From contig JBJCIZ010000207.1 of the NCBI GenBank assembly GCA_051294375.1, forward strand, positions 6,731-70,730: DNA of 64,000 nt. The letters run 5' to 3'. This DNA is from Paraspadella gotoi. Its lineage: Eukaryota; Animalia; Chaetognatha. Every line of letters begins with the position of its first letter. The stretch's first letter is position 1. Positions 51,101 to 64,000 of the stretch are shown here, piece after piece. Under the pieces are notes generated by a model. The model was not told the DNA's origin and searched no databases. It saw only the letters and a program-made list of their open reading frames with translations. The position numbers and the translations under genes are program-made.

Positions 51101-51902
51101 ATGACTTCGTCGAAACATGTCCATAATTTACTATGAAGATAAATAAAACTTTACCATTGCCAAAACAAACCAAAGACTTTTACTTATTCTGAATTAAATG
51201 TTTGCAAATTTAAAATTAGTGATTACAAAAAAAATCAGAATAAAATTTTTAGCAAAATTAAAAAAAAAAAATTTTTTTGCGGTATTTGCTCGTTTCAGGG
51301 CTAAGAAAGAAAAAAATATTAAAGTTCAATCATTAATTGTACTTTAAAATGGGTAAAAAAAGAATAAAAAACTAATTAATTATTGTTTATTTCAGTTGGA
51401 TAATAATAAACTAAAAAAATTATTGGAAATTCTAAAAAAAGCTAAAAATGCTCATTCAGGGCCTGGTAGTCAAGCGATATCGAGGTTTGCGACGGTTTTT
51501 GACCTTAACATCAGATTCCCTACCCCCATATTGGTATAGTTAGCCTGTCCCAACAGTAAAAATGCTAGCTTTATATTTTTTTGAAATGTTTTAATATTAG
51601 TACACACACGAATTAATTGTAATTCATATGATTAGTATTAGAATAATCAATTGCATAGTCATGACCATTTTCTATTTCACTCTTACAGCCTTGATCACCG
51701 CCCTTCGTCAATGCCTTCGGAAGAAGGATCCCGACGGCTTCTTCTGGCTGGAAAAGGTCTACTATGTGAGTATAATAATGATTGAATAATATATATTAAT
51801 CAATTATACAGTGAAATTTACAAGTGGTCACCCATTCTCTAATTCGTTCTACAGCCACGGCAAAGACCCGGCACAAACGCCGTGCGCGTCTCCCACGTCT
51901 GA
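48142..51902 (+). CDS. Spliced gene for a single-pass membrane protein of unknown family (exons ~48142-48439, ~48503-48560, 48633-48734, 48809-49007, 51689-51765, 51855-51902)
   Basis: TM segment IVGIAGGAILFLVVFTVLACIFC followed by RR. The last four exons join in frame through GT-AG sites (LIISLANSG...RRSGM|KDGQ...LILN|TLITALRQCLRKKDPDGFFWLEKVYY|PRQRPGTNAVRVSHV*). Joining exons 1-2 needs a GC donor and indel correction. Confidence 0.7.
49376..49460. repeat. Short degenerate TTAGGG tracts
   Basis: GTTAGGGTTAGGGTT (49376) and TTAGGGTTAGGGTTGGGGG (49443). Confidence 0.7.
51090..51121 (+). ncRNA. Minimal hammerhead ribozyme (Penelope-like) in an intron
   Basis: CTGATGA-A-GAT..GTC-GAAA-CATGTC, with AATAAA downstream. 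Confidence 0.7.
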
Positions 51903-52158
51903 ACGCCGATTAAAAAAAAAACAAAAGACACGCGCAATTCATCATTTATCATTAAATTCGCCAATATAATCTCATCCATTGAATTTGTTTCTAATAATTA
52001 TTTGTCACATTTATTTAATTAAACAAGTAAAACGATTTGGTATTTACTCAAAATATTCCAAAAAAAATCCGAATAGTCAGCAATTTGCAACGAAATACAA
52101 CGGTATCTAGTGAAAAATAAGAATACAAAATTCAAAATCCCACATTTACGATATTGTC

Positions 52159-55100
52159 TCATTCGGCGAAAATAAGATGAATTGCATCAATAGCGATCCC
52201 TGCATTTGCAGAAGCAGAGCGGCGAGCAGCCAAACGGGTAAGAGGCGGTCCGCAGGCGGGCATGGCACGGCGGTCCAGCGTTCTCATTTTGTCAACCATT
52301 TTGATGAGGCTCTCTCTGGACAAGTTTGAACGAATAAGATGATCTCCAGGGAATACTTTAAATTCACCAGAGACTAGAGAATGGCACTTGAATGAATTCG
52401 TTGCTATTTTGGCAACTATTTCCCACGCATCTTGATCCACTTTCCTTTGAATTTTTTGTGGAGAACCAAGGAAAAATGAAGTTTTCTTCTTCATGACTAG
52501 ATCTCCAATTTTTAGATGGATGTAATATCTCTCGGATTTTCGCGTTTCCGGCGTTGAAGGAACGGTTCACATCATGGCGCAAAATGTCATTCTGAAGTCT
52601 TCTCCTTGCTTCCAATGTTTCTCTCACACTCTTTGCCGGCGCCGTCACGCCACTAGATGGCAGTTCTCCGTCCGTGTCAAACAGGTTTGCAGATGAACGA
52701 CAAAAATGGACGTCAGAGGGACTTTTTCCAGATAAAATATCTGTACATGTTGAATTGTAAACAACTCTAGCTTCGCCGACGAGAGAATGAAATGGAAGAT
52801 CTGGTTCATGTTCTTGTAATTTGAGCATTATTCTCGTAATAGAATTGATGAATCTCTCTACTTTAGACTGACATCTTGACACATTTGCCAATCCATGTAT
52901 CAACTCCACTCCATGTTGACTAAGGATATTGGCTGAGGGAGTGTTTGATTTACAAAGAGCATTGTCAGCATGGATGCGACGAGGTAAACCACTTCACTCT
53001 TGTCTTATCTTCATTAGACAATCCACTACTTCTTTGTCTTGCGTAGATTTTGTAGGATATGCCCATGCATATCTGGAGAAGAGGTCCACAGCACAAAAAA
53101 TGTACGGAAATGCAGCATCATTGTGGAAGGGTCCTTAAAAGTCAATTGCAACGGAGTTTCCTGGCTCCATGGGTGTCTGCATCCCTCCTTCATCTCTGGA
53201 ACCTTTTTGGTGATTGATCTGAAGGCAGATTGCACAATTTCTGATGTATGTAGAAATCTTCTCTCTCATTCCTTGAATGTAGTAACTTTTTCCCAAAGTT
53301 TTTAATGTTCGATTCACTCCAGCATGAGTTGCTGCAGGATCACGATCTCCAAACAACCAACAATGATCAAAACCTTGATTGACCGCAGCAAATTTTGTTT
53401 CATGAGTCTTACTCAAAAGACGATGAAATTCCATCTCAGACACAACAAGGAGAAACTTGATTCCTCCATCAGGGGCTGTCCACAGCGCGCAGTAGCACTC
53501 CCTGATTACTGATGATGAAGAGACTGCGGTGACGAAGGAATGCCAAAGTCCCCATAGATAAAAGCAAAGCTTCATGTTATCTGGTAACTTCCTCTTTTCC
53601 TTCAAATAATCAATTTTTTCACTCACATCAGGCGCCTGTTGCATTTCCAAGATTTTCTGGAGAACTTTGTCTGCAAAAACTGGAACTTCCTTGGCTTTAA
53701 TTGGCTCATCCACAACTTCGTCAACTTCCTCAGTGTGGCCTGAAGCTACATCTTTATCTGAGAGTTGAACAATTGAGACTGTCCAAGGGGCAAGAAGACC
53801 TTTCCACTTCTTGATTTCAGCTTTCTGCGACGCCTTGTCACTCTTACTGTGAGTAGCACCATTTGAAGAGATGGAATAGCTCCTTTTGTCTAATTCCTTC
53901 TCTATTAGACTGTCCGGATCCCAGTCATCTGATGAAACACTCTACTTTGTCACCGACTGCCGACGGAGGGTGTGCCGGATCAGTGGAATCATTTGCCGGA
54001 AAATGCGTCCACTCAGTGTCATCCATATCGCGGAGTCGGGTCCCGGCTGGACATTTCAATGGGGAGAAAATAGAGACAGAGATAAGAGCTTAACAAAAAT
54101 TGAGATAATTCATCTGAAATACTTTTATTCAGAAGTGATTCAAGCGGAACTTTTTCTCCTTTACCATTCAGAATCCTGCCTTGGAGAAATCTTCTGTCAT
54201 AAGTACCATCTCCTCCATCATTTTCTTCCCATCTGCTCACAACATCAGCTGGATTTGCTCTAGATTCAATAAAAGAAATCTTGAAGTCAAAACTCTGAAG
54301 ATAGATGATTCTTCTCACAAATGCATCATCGACTTTGTCCAGGTTAGCCCATCTTCTCAACACTTGACTATCAGTATAATGTAGAATGGTCTCGCAGTGA
54401 AAAATAGCTAAATCTTTGAACTGTTCATAAAGAGCCAAAAACTCTTTATAAAACGTTGGCAAACTTCTTTTTGCGGGAACCAAAGTCTTTGAATAACATT
54501 GGACAATGTAGAGTTGCCTCTTGTCTCCATCAGCGCCTGCTGCAATCTCTGCTGAAGTTGAAAAAGTTTTGCAGAATCACAGATCCAATGGCATGCTGAG
54601 AGCCATCTGTGAGCACAATCAGCTCATCTTCAAGCTTGGTTGAGGGAACTCTCACCTCCCAAGCTTTTCATCCAGAAGTACACTTTTTGCTTTTTCAAAT
54701 GCTGTTTTGTGGATTTCCAGTGGCTTGAACTTGTCTTTCCTTTTGCTAAATCACGCAATGGCCCAAGTGCTTCACTCAGCTTAGGGTTGCAAGCTAGGAA
54801 CCAAGAGAAAAAAGCAAGCTTAGAAATAAGGTCCTTCCTTGAGTCAGGAAAGGTGAGTTTAGCAATCTTCTCATCTTCTCCCCTGACATTCCTTTTGCTC
54901 CTTCTGAGACTTCATGCCGAGAATCCTCAGTTTGGTCCACTCCCATGTCACTCTTCTTGGCAGACAAAAGCAGGTTATAGGTTGAGCAAATAGCTAGGTC
55001 AGAGGTAGATCTGCATCCAGATGTTGCTTCATGTTCTTGGAGTAGGTAGATGTGTCATCAATGAAGGGCTTGCATCTTTTGTGAATGTCAAAAACATTCT

Positions 55101-55560
55101 CCACCCATTGTTGAGCATACCCAGGACCAACACTGATCCCCATTGGACATCTGAGGTATCTGAAGAACTTTCCCAGAACAAAGAATCCAGTGAACTTTTT
55201 AGATGAATCTTCATCCATCAACAGTTGATGATAGAATCCGGCAGCATCCAAGTTGGAGAAAACTGTGTAATCACCACTGGCAATTTCCCTCCTGAACTCT
55301 TCCATTTCAGGTAGTGGGAAGTGATGAGGCATCAGAGCTTGATTCATTTTTCTGTAATCAACCACCATTCTGCTCTTGGTGACCTCTCTCTTCTCTGTAG
55401 CAACATATCTGCTCTCCAGAATAGTGGATGTTTGACAGCCAACTATCATCTGAATTTGTCATCTCAGTAATGACTCCTTGTTTGAGAAGCTTGTCAATAT
55501 GCTGCTTGATAAAGGGATGATCTTTGCTCAACGAGGTTTCAAAATTCTCTTCACTTTTTG
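52159..55560 (-). pseudogene. pol: Ty3/Gypsy pol: RT - RNase H - integrase, frameshifted
   Basis: RT: RMVVDYRKMN, FSNLDAAGFYHQ, RCPMG, PFIDD. RNase H: VLTDGS, YKEFLAL, YTDSQ, NPADVVSR. Integrase: HAGVNRT...IRNCAIC, AIDF, HADN, SKVER. RT-RH-IN order is Gypsy-type. Confidence 0.95.
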
Positions 55561-57064
55561 CAATATGCTAGATATTTATCAACAGAATTGATTAAATTTA
55601 AACCCTAAAGACAAAGTGGCTGGAACTACGGATTACTAAAATCAACTCTGCTGCATTTCTAAACAAGAATTGGGTATAATTTTTTGCTACTTTTAATAAA
55701 AAAAAATTAATGTCCAATTTTTGTCCATTTTGACTTTTGTCTTGAGATTTGAACATCAGGAATCATTGAAGAAATTTTTTTACTCCGGATTTCGGGTACT
55801 TTCTCATCTTCTTTATACCTCTGACGTGGTTCATTTGGGCCGTTGGTCATCACATTGTTTACCTATGAATTAATTTTTAAATTGACTAGTCAAAAAATTT
55901 ACATTTTTACATTTTATTACAAATTTGTTAAAACGAAAATACTTCAAAATGTCCAAAATCTAATCAAATATTCCCTTTCAACGGTGCTTCTGGTACCGCT
56001 CTAAAAAATTAGGGGCAAAAAATTTAATAGTTTTGCAAGCAATTAAAATTTTTTAAATCAACTTTTTAATTTGTGAGGTTGTGAGGTGCCGTTTTATTTG
56101 AACTAAAAACTCGGTTTTTGACTTATTTTAATAGTTTTTAAATAGATGAGAAATATACTAAAGGTTCACAAAATTAAAAAAACGCGCATTCTTTTAAAAT
56201 GTAATGGAAAGCGTCAGTAATTTTCGCTCTCATCGACAGGTTTTGCGAAAAAAATTTCCCGCAAAAATCTGTCGATTTTTTAAAATCTGTAGCAACGCAA
56301 ACTTTGAAAAAAATCATACGCTAACTCAATTATTTTCTTTCTTACATACATTTAAAGATTTATACATCCAGTATGATATAAATGCAAAAAAATGAGTGAG
56401 AAAGGAGAAAAAAGAGAAGAAAGAAAGAGAGAGCATAGGTGAAAAAAAAGTTGGCAGGAGAAGAAAAAAGAGGGGAAAGAAATTAATATTTGGGGAAAGG
56501 GGGAGAACGAAAACCAATTAAGAGAAAAAAGATAAGAAGAGGGAAGAAAGAGAATCAGAGAGGGAGAGAAAAAGTAGAGATAGAGAGGAAAAAGAAATAA
56601 AGTGTAAAGAAGAAAAAGAAGGGATGAAACAGAGAAATTTATGAGGAGCAGAAAGTCGGAGAAAGGGAGAGAAAGACAGAGAGAAAGAGAGAAAGAAGGG
56701 ACAGAGAGAAGGTTCAAGAGAGAAAAAAATAGTGGAAAAATGGAAAAAAAAAAAATTTTAAAAAATATAGCTTGCCCGTTTTTTTGGCCTAAGCTGTATG
56801 TATATCCTAAAAAAAGGGCATAGATCTGCCGAGCAATTTAATCTTTAAAAGTTGCCTTACCAATGAAAAATCGTTTTAAGTTTTCATCTTAAGGTAAAAG
56901 AAATTATGTCTTACCGTATTTTGAAAGCATTAGAAATTCAACCCCAGTGAGTTCAATGTTATAAGGAGAATAATAACTATAGCGCAACCGTTTTTTTTAA
57001 ATAAAGCGTGTTTTATATTAATCAGTGGAAACAAAAAGAATAATAGTTATATAGTTTCAAATTT

Positions 57065-58178
57065 TATTGTTGAAAATACCCGAATAGAAATCACTGCCAA
57101 AAGGGAATCTTTGCGTCAGAGTGTTTTTCTCAGCTTTGTCCTTTCAGGGAATGTTCTGTTGAAGATTTGAGTTTGATTGGATTCATCCTCACTCCAGTGA
57201 AAAGTTTCAGGTTTTTCTTCATTTGTAAAAGATATGACGATAAGTCCGCAGACCAAAGATCTGACTTCTCACTGATCACTGTCACTAAGATGAGATATTT
57301 TGGAAACTGCTTCAGAAATGCTTCTTTGGTCTCTCGCCAATTAGTGCAAGTTGCTCCTTTTTGTCTCTAATTTTTCAAATCAACTCAATCTTCAAGAAAT
57401 GCATCTTTCACAAGATTTGCCTTACTTGATAGACTCAAAATTGACTCCACGACTATGGCATTCAGTTAGCAATGTCCAGATGACAGTTTGTTTTTTTCCC
57501 CCTCCATGGAAGAAAATGGAACAGCCTTTGTTTTTCTGCATTGAAACATAAGAAACAGAGATTTTCATCTTGAAGTTCAGTCAACTCCTCACCAGAAGAC
57601 TGTGAAATACAAGTAGACTCTGAATCCAAAGTGTCTTTTTCTTCATGTTGAACAACACTCCACCAAAATTTTTCTTTTCTCCAGAACAATTTCTTTCTTT
57701 TGTTTCAATTGATAACTGGAATTTGTAAAGTCTTTGACTTTGCCACCAAAAACTGATACCCCGGAATCATCAATTTATCAGTAGGCTCATTGCATAAAAA
57801 GATAGAAATGAATGCTTTCCTTGTTGGTTTTTCCGGTTTTGTAACTTTCCACCGCCCATGTGATGCTTTGCTTGGATGAATATGTGTTTCCTGGTTAGCA
57901 TACGATGAGTGTAGAAACGCCTGAATCTTCAAGCCAATTTGACGGATATGCTTTAGCGCCCATCTCCACTCTCCTGTCATGCTCATAGTCTTGCATCATA
58001 AAAGTTGATCTGCTTCAACGATGGTAAACAATCAATCTCCAACGTAGTACCAGTCAAATTTCTCTGTATTGAAAGAGATTAGGTATCCTCAATAATCATT
58101 GGAAGACGTTGCTGCCCAAAGATCAACATAAGTTGATTTTATGGGAGCCAACATGAAGCTCCACAGGAAGCTGTCCAG
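57065..58178 (-). pseudogene. Degraded Gypsy pol segment between protease and RT
   Basis: Coding-like minus-strand ORF fragments (57462-57986) between two AT-rich insertions; position-based inference. Confidence 0.55.
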
Positions 58179-58789
58179 AAAACAAGTTTGAGCAAACAAA
58201 TGTCGCGATCTGCCAATTAATTTTTTTCGATAATTAACTTAATAATAATTAATTAATTATTAATTAATTAATAATAATTAATTAGATTAATAATTAATTA
58301 ATTAATAGATTTAATTATTATATCTAATATATATAGATTAAATTAATTAATTAATTAATAGATTAATTATAATTTTATATTCAGCCTTGTCAGTCATTCG
58401 ATGTCTTAAAATTGAGTCAGGACGTTATTAAATGTTTTGTTTACATTTTATCAACAAACAAAATCCTCTATTATCGAGCAGGCGGGCAAAGCCGTCCTGT
58501 CTGATTTTTTTGTTCGGTTTAGCTTTCGGTCTCGCTTTTTTGCAATCATGGCTTCTGAAAGTGGTGATATCATAGGAGAGTTGAATTTTTCATATATGGC
58601 TTCTAATCATCAAAAGATCTTTAAAATTCTCATGTTTCATATCAATAATTGTGTATTTTGTTATGTTTTATTTACAAAACAAAAAGCGTTTTAATTATAT
58701 GTCGCTCTCCTCATCTCTCTTCTCCTCTTTTTTCTCAGTCACTGCTTTCTTCTAAAAACGAGTTCCGGCTCTGCAGCGTCTGTCCAGCT

Positions 58790-58829
<40 letters not shown>

Positions 58830-61078
58830 CTCTTTTTTTTTTTTTTTTCTTACAAAATAATTTTAGATATAATGGTGGTTCACTATATGTAAAAAAACGG
58901 AATGCCGAACAGGGCGCGAACCCGGGTCCTTGGGTAGAAGAATAGCTCACGACTACGTGCGGCGCCAATAAGTACTGCTGATTCTTTAACGAGTAAAAGG
59001 GGCTGTAGGGCTTCTCTCTCTCTCTCTCTTTTTAATTATTATATATCGCTTCTTCTTTCTCTTCTCTTTTTCTCTGCAGCGCTGTCTCTCTCTTTCTCTC
59101 TCTTTTTTCTCTCTCTGTGTCTCTCTGTCTCTCTGTGTGTCTGTCCTATCTGTCGCCGATGCTTTTGATGTTATCGTTTGTTTTTTGAAAAATTCTGATT
59201 ATTTTTTTTCCTTCTAAAAACTTTTTATTTATTGCCATTTTATTCCGCGCTTTTTTTCAAATACAAAATCCCATATTTTCATCCGAGATTTTCGTGGATT
59301 TATTCTCTTTCGTTTCTCTCTCTGCTCTCTTTTTTTCTCTCTCATCTCTCTTCTTTCTCCTCTCTCTCTTTCTCTCTCTCTCTCTTCTCTCTCTCTTCTC
59401 TCTCTCTTTACTCATACACGCATTTTGTTTGTTTTATTGACTATCATCGCATCAATGAATGACAATCATACGAGCAATGAATGACAATCATCGCATCAAC
59501 TGAGCTATGCATACGCAGTGAATGACTATCATCGCGCATCAATAATTGATTATCATCGAATCATAATCATCCTATTACATCAATAAATTACTATTACATC
59601 AATCAAGTTAGTATTACCTCTAATCAATTACTATACAATCAACATTCGTTATCGCATGACATTTCGTTTTTTTTCCCGGTTTTTTTCATTAATTTTCTAT
59701 GATAGTGGGCTCTGGCTCGATCTTGAGTCCTTTTTTAAAGATTTTTTTATTTTAATGTCTCCTTCTTCTCTCTCTCTCTCTCTGCTCACTCTCTCTCTTT
59801 CTCTCTCCACTCTCTCTCTTCTCTCTCACTCTCTCTTTCTCTCTCTCTCGTCTCTCTTCTTTTTATGCAATAGCGACGATCCTTATGCTTTTAAGATTTT
59901 TTTAACTTGCATCATTTTTTCAAACTTGCATAAATTTTATTCAACTTGCATTCCGTCAAAACTTTATATCTAGTTTCTCACTCACTTTCCTACCGGCTCA
60001 CAATTTCATCTCTCAATCTATCATGGGTTAAAATAAATAAAAAGATTCAAGTAAATGTGACTCATATTTTTTTCATTTAAACTCATTTCCACTGGTACGT
60101 TTCCACTGAAACTTTATATCAAGCTTCGTCATACGTTTTCCTACACCACACAAAAATTTTCACTCAATCTATGCCATCCAATTATGATTAAATTGGAGTA
60201 TTTATTGGTTAAAATAAGTAAAAGATTTTAGTAAATTCGACTTATGTTTTTTCCATTTAAACTAATTTCCACTCACGACGATTCCATCGAAATTTTATAT
60301 CCAGGCTTTATCACAACAACCTTTCCTAACCACACACAAATTTTAATTCCAATCCAACCAGCAATCACGAGTTATTGAGCTTTTTGGCTAAGATGGGACG
60401 GAATGGACGGATTGATTGACTAATTAAATTAATTATTAGATTAATTTATTTACTAATTGATTAATTAACTGATTAATTATTTGATTTATTAATACATCCT
60501 GCAATAACATTTAATATAAAAGGAAAAAGAAGCATAATCAATTAGTAAAACAGGTTTTTGTTTTTTTCCATTTAAACTACATTTCCACTCCAAACTATTC
60601 CATCGAAACTTTGATTTCCCTGTTCAATCACACACTTTCCTACCCACATACAAAATTCCAAGGTCAATCAGCCCATCCAAACTCATGAGCAATTGGTGTT
60701 CAAATAGTGAATATTTTTTTTTGTTTTTTTCCATTTAAAACTCATTTTCCACTCGCACGATTCATCGAAACTTAATATCCCAGGCTCAAATCACACACTT
60801 ACCTATCCACACACAAAATTTCATTTAAATCCATCCATCCAATCACACGAAGTAATTGGTGTTTTTGCTAAAGGTGGGACGGACGGACGGACGGACGGAC
60901 GGACGGACGGACGGACGGAACATCAATTTTTTTTGCATAATTTATCATAATTTCGATGTTCTGACATGATATAAGTGTGTGCCCGACAATATTGAGGGGG
61001 CGGACCGGACGGACCGAAAAAGTGAGTTATAAAGTCAGTTTAGAGGGATCTGCTGATCAAGAGAATGCCGACTAAAAA
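58179..61078 (-). mobile_element. Full HINE family 1 element inserted in Gypsy pol
   Basis: 5' TTTTTAGTCGG..CAGCAGATCCC at 61078; (GTCC)n at ~60877-60918; ~180 bp subrepeats; 3' GGCAGATC..GACATTTGTTTGCTCAAACTTGTT at 58179. The same 3' end occurs at ~17915 and ~23876. Confidence 0.75.
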
Positions 61079-62922
61079 TTGTAGATTTTTTTGACTTTCT
61101 TGTGATGTGCTTTCTTTTCAGTGCCCGAGCAAGCGCTGCAAACATCAATGGCGACATCAAGTTTCCTCCCAGCAACTTTGCATCCTTGACCAACTTCTCT
61201 GGGATGATGCTGATGTCTGCTCCAGTATCTGATAGATGCAATCCACTTGAAGGCCATTCACTGAAGCACTGATGTGGTACTTAGCTCAGAGTTTATTCTC
61301 TCCAACAACAAAAAGTAGCAAGAATGGCTGTCCAATGAGGTGAGTTTGATGGAGAAAAGGCAGGTTCTGATGGTGTAGCGGCTGCAGAAGTTGATGCTTT
61401 TTGCAAAAAAATTTGACGAAAATCAGTTGAAAAATTTGATGACGGTGACGAAAATGGTGCAGTAAAATTTGAATCAGTTTGTTTCTTGACCCGTTTCCAA
61501 AAAATTCTTTCCATGTTTTGTAGAATCCAAAGACGCGTTGACGGCGCAGTCGACATCATGACTGAAGCGCTGACGAGATTTCGACTGCGCCCCATCATGC
61601 ATTCTTCTTCCCTTTTGCGTCTTTCATGTACACTCTCAAATTCGGTATTTACTCTTGGGCGCTTTGGGACAGCTGATGGAGAAATGCTGGCCCGACTCTC
61701 GCAAAATAAACACGGTTTTCCTTTACATTGATCCAAATTTTATGCACTTTCAGACAATTGTAAACGACGTGGAGGAGGGAGCTCATAGAGCTTAAACGAG
61801 AAAACGTCCGGTTCGACTTTGAGTCATCGCCAGATTCGCCGACCAACGTCCTCGCGCTCCGTCCATTACCACGCCCACGACGGCCGCCCCTGAACGCTGC
61901 TTTGCCGCCCTGCGCCCCAACTTCGATGGTGGAAACGTCCATCTGCTCCGACGATTGCAAATCACGCAATTGACGGCGCGCCTTTCGCGCGCGATTGGTT
62001 TCGAGGCTATCGGCTGCCTCGCACATCAGATAAGTCTCTTCCACCCGGATGATAAGCATCTTCTACGACGGCGAGCAACATTTTTATCTTTCAGTTTACA
62101 AATAAAATCGCAAAAAATTGGTTTTCGTCCCGCCCCAAAGCTTTCATTACATAAGAAAAACGTAAATAAAATTGCATAACCGTTTCGTCTTTAGTTGTTT
62201 CATCGTTTAATATTTACTAAGACAACTATTTTGAAAATTAGGGAACAGGTGACCTCTCAGTGACAAAAAATATTGTGCACAGAGATACGGGTGTGAGAGA
62301 TAAATGTTGCATAATAGGTCTAAGGTTATCATCAGAATGGGCAACAACAATTGCGACTTTCGTCGCCAAAGACTCACTTGGGAAAAACATGCCAATTTCT
62401 TGCTGGATGATGGACCTTTCTGCAGGAAAGCAAACGCGTCGTCCGTTTGTTTCAGCTTCGTCTTGATCTGCTTCATCGATTTGCCGACCGAACTCCGTCT
62501 GCCAGTTGATCGATGACCTCGGCGGCGCTGGCGCCGCAGACGATGCAGGAACGCACGGCACGGGAGGGGAACGGGTAGAGAAGTAGGCGGGAAAGGGAAA
62601 ATAGACGGAAAGTGGGGAGAGATGGAAAAGTGGAGGACGGAAAAACGAGATGGTAGGAGAAGGCTTGGGTAAGGAAGAACGACCGGCGCCGTTGACGATC
62701 CACCGGAATGGGCGATCGAGGACGATCCTGCTTGAGAAAAACAACGTTCATGTCAATACCATGAATTTTTAGAATGTCACTCATCGTTCTTGTCCATTAC
62801 GTCTCCTATCACCCAGTCATGGGTGTTTACATATTAACTCTATTTTCCTGGACTTCGATTCACTTTACCAAATCCTCTCTCAAGAAGCGATTCACATCCA
62901 TCTCTCTCTTCCATACTTTTCC

Positions 62923-62962
<40 letters not shown>

Positions 62963-63300
62963 TGATATTTTTTCGTTGATTCTTTCTAATCAACAATCTC
63001 TCATCCTTTGATTTCCTCTCCACATCATCTCTCTCAATCGTCTACCGCCTTTTTCAAACTTTGAACTATTCCTCATCTGTGAGAGGAACCCTTTTGCAGT
63101 CTCTCGTCGATCCACCATGATGGTCGATTCGATCTTCTGCAGCCGCGCATCGATTCCTCGTCCCTTTGAGCAGGAACCACTCTCTTCAGATCGTCCGCTC
63201 GTTTGAATTGCAATGGTCTCCCATTCGCCAATCTGGGTCCAACCCGACGGCTCCGATCCAAATAACTCAAAATAAGAAAATTGCTCAAGAAATTAAGACG
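61079..63300 (-). pseudogene. gag: Gypsy gag and aspartic protease, frameshifted
   Basis: Protease LSDTGADISII (~61240); zinc-knuckle-like YNC..H / CKGKPCLFC (~61690-61770) after an RGG-rich stretch; upstream ORF fragments 62238-62744. Confidence 0.8.
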
Positions 63301-63508
63301 CTATTGAATTAATATTTATAACTCCTTGCGTTATATTAATCAGAGACATCTACTTCAAATTCGATGTCCTTTTGTTGAACCGCAAAGGCACGGAAAAATT
63401 TGGAAAAGATGACGCGAAGCGTAATTTGGATTTTCTCTCTTAATTTCCGAAATTTAGGTAGCGACGAACGAGTATTTCCTTCGGAGGCTTAAAAAAAAAC
63501 TTTATTCG

Positions 63509-63770
63509 TAACCACGCTGAACACCAAGTGGAGGACGAAGAATTTTAGTGAAAAGAATTCGATACCAAAGTAAAAATGAACGAGAGTTTATTTCAGTATA
63601 ACATCGAAGGGAAATGCATAATATAATGAGCGCGAGAATAAAATAACAATGACTTTTATATGAATACTTTGTTTATCAAAGTAGGAATGTAAAGAGAATG
63701 GAATTTTAGGCCGAGAGAAATATTATTTACATTTTTGTAATTTACTAAATTCTTTCTCCCAATCTTCACT
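63509..63770 (-). mobile_element. Gypsy 5' LTR (63527-63770) and PBS (63509-63526)
   Basis: On minus: AGTGAAG...TCCTCCACT, immediately followed by TGGTGTTCAGCGTGG (PBS-like, resembling Leu-type), upstream of gag. Confidence 0.8.
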
Positions 63771-64000
63771 GCCTCCATCACACTTACAAGATAATAACAT
63801 AGCAGGTTTTTCTGCAAGCTTTCAATCAAGACTCTCTCACATCTTATTTATTCACTCCCAGTGAACCTGGCTTCCCTATCAATGAAGTGTATAATGATTC
63901 AAAGAATGTTTTCAATTGTATGAAAAGACCACTCCTCTAAGTATTAGATCGATTAGATCGATATGTTATATGTTATATGAAATTGGTACAACCAATATAA

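Overview
AT-rich, repeat-dense animal genomic DNA (spliceosomal introns, LTR elements, TTAGGG-like tracts). Two 25-N gaps and many homopolymer-type indels suggest error-prone long-read gap filling, so frameshifts and some duplications may be artefacts. Host gene content: the 3' part of a USP35/USP38-family deubiquitinase (Cys-box exon 26602-26970, duplicated at 19837-20205; terminal exon 32390-34097). Mobile elements: a degraded, nested Ty3/Gypsy element on the minus strand (LTR-like repeats 63527-63770 and 47092-47334); several Helentron-type non-autonomous (HINE/DINE-1-like) families; a 2.2 kb foldback; and many Penelope-type minimal hammerhead ribozymes. Three unusual retroelement architectures stand out. 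(1) Two distinct TRIM families whose LTRs carry tRNA-like Pol III A/B-box modules, a tRNA analogue of Cassandra. (2) A 1.84 kb pol-less LTR element whose single ORF has a multivalent TQT (LC8-type) array and a YIPPHRR motif. (3) An antisense, spliced gene for a single-pass membrane protein lying between the Gypsy integrase and the putative 3' LTR.
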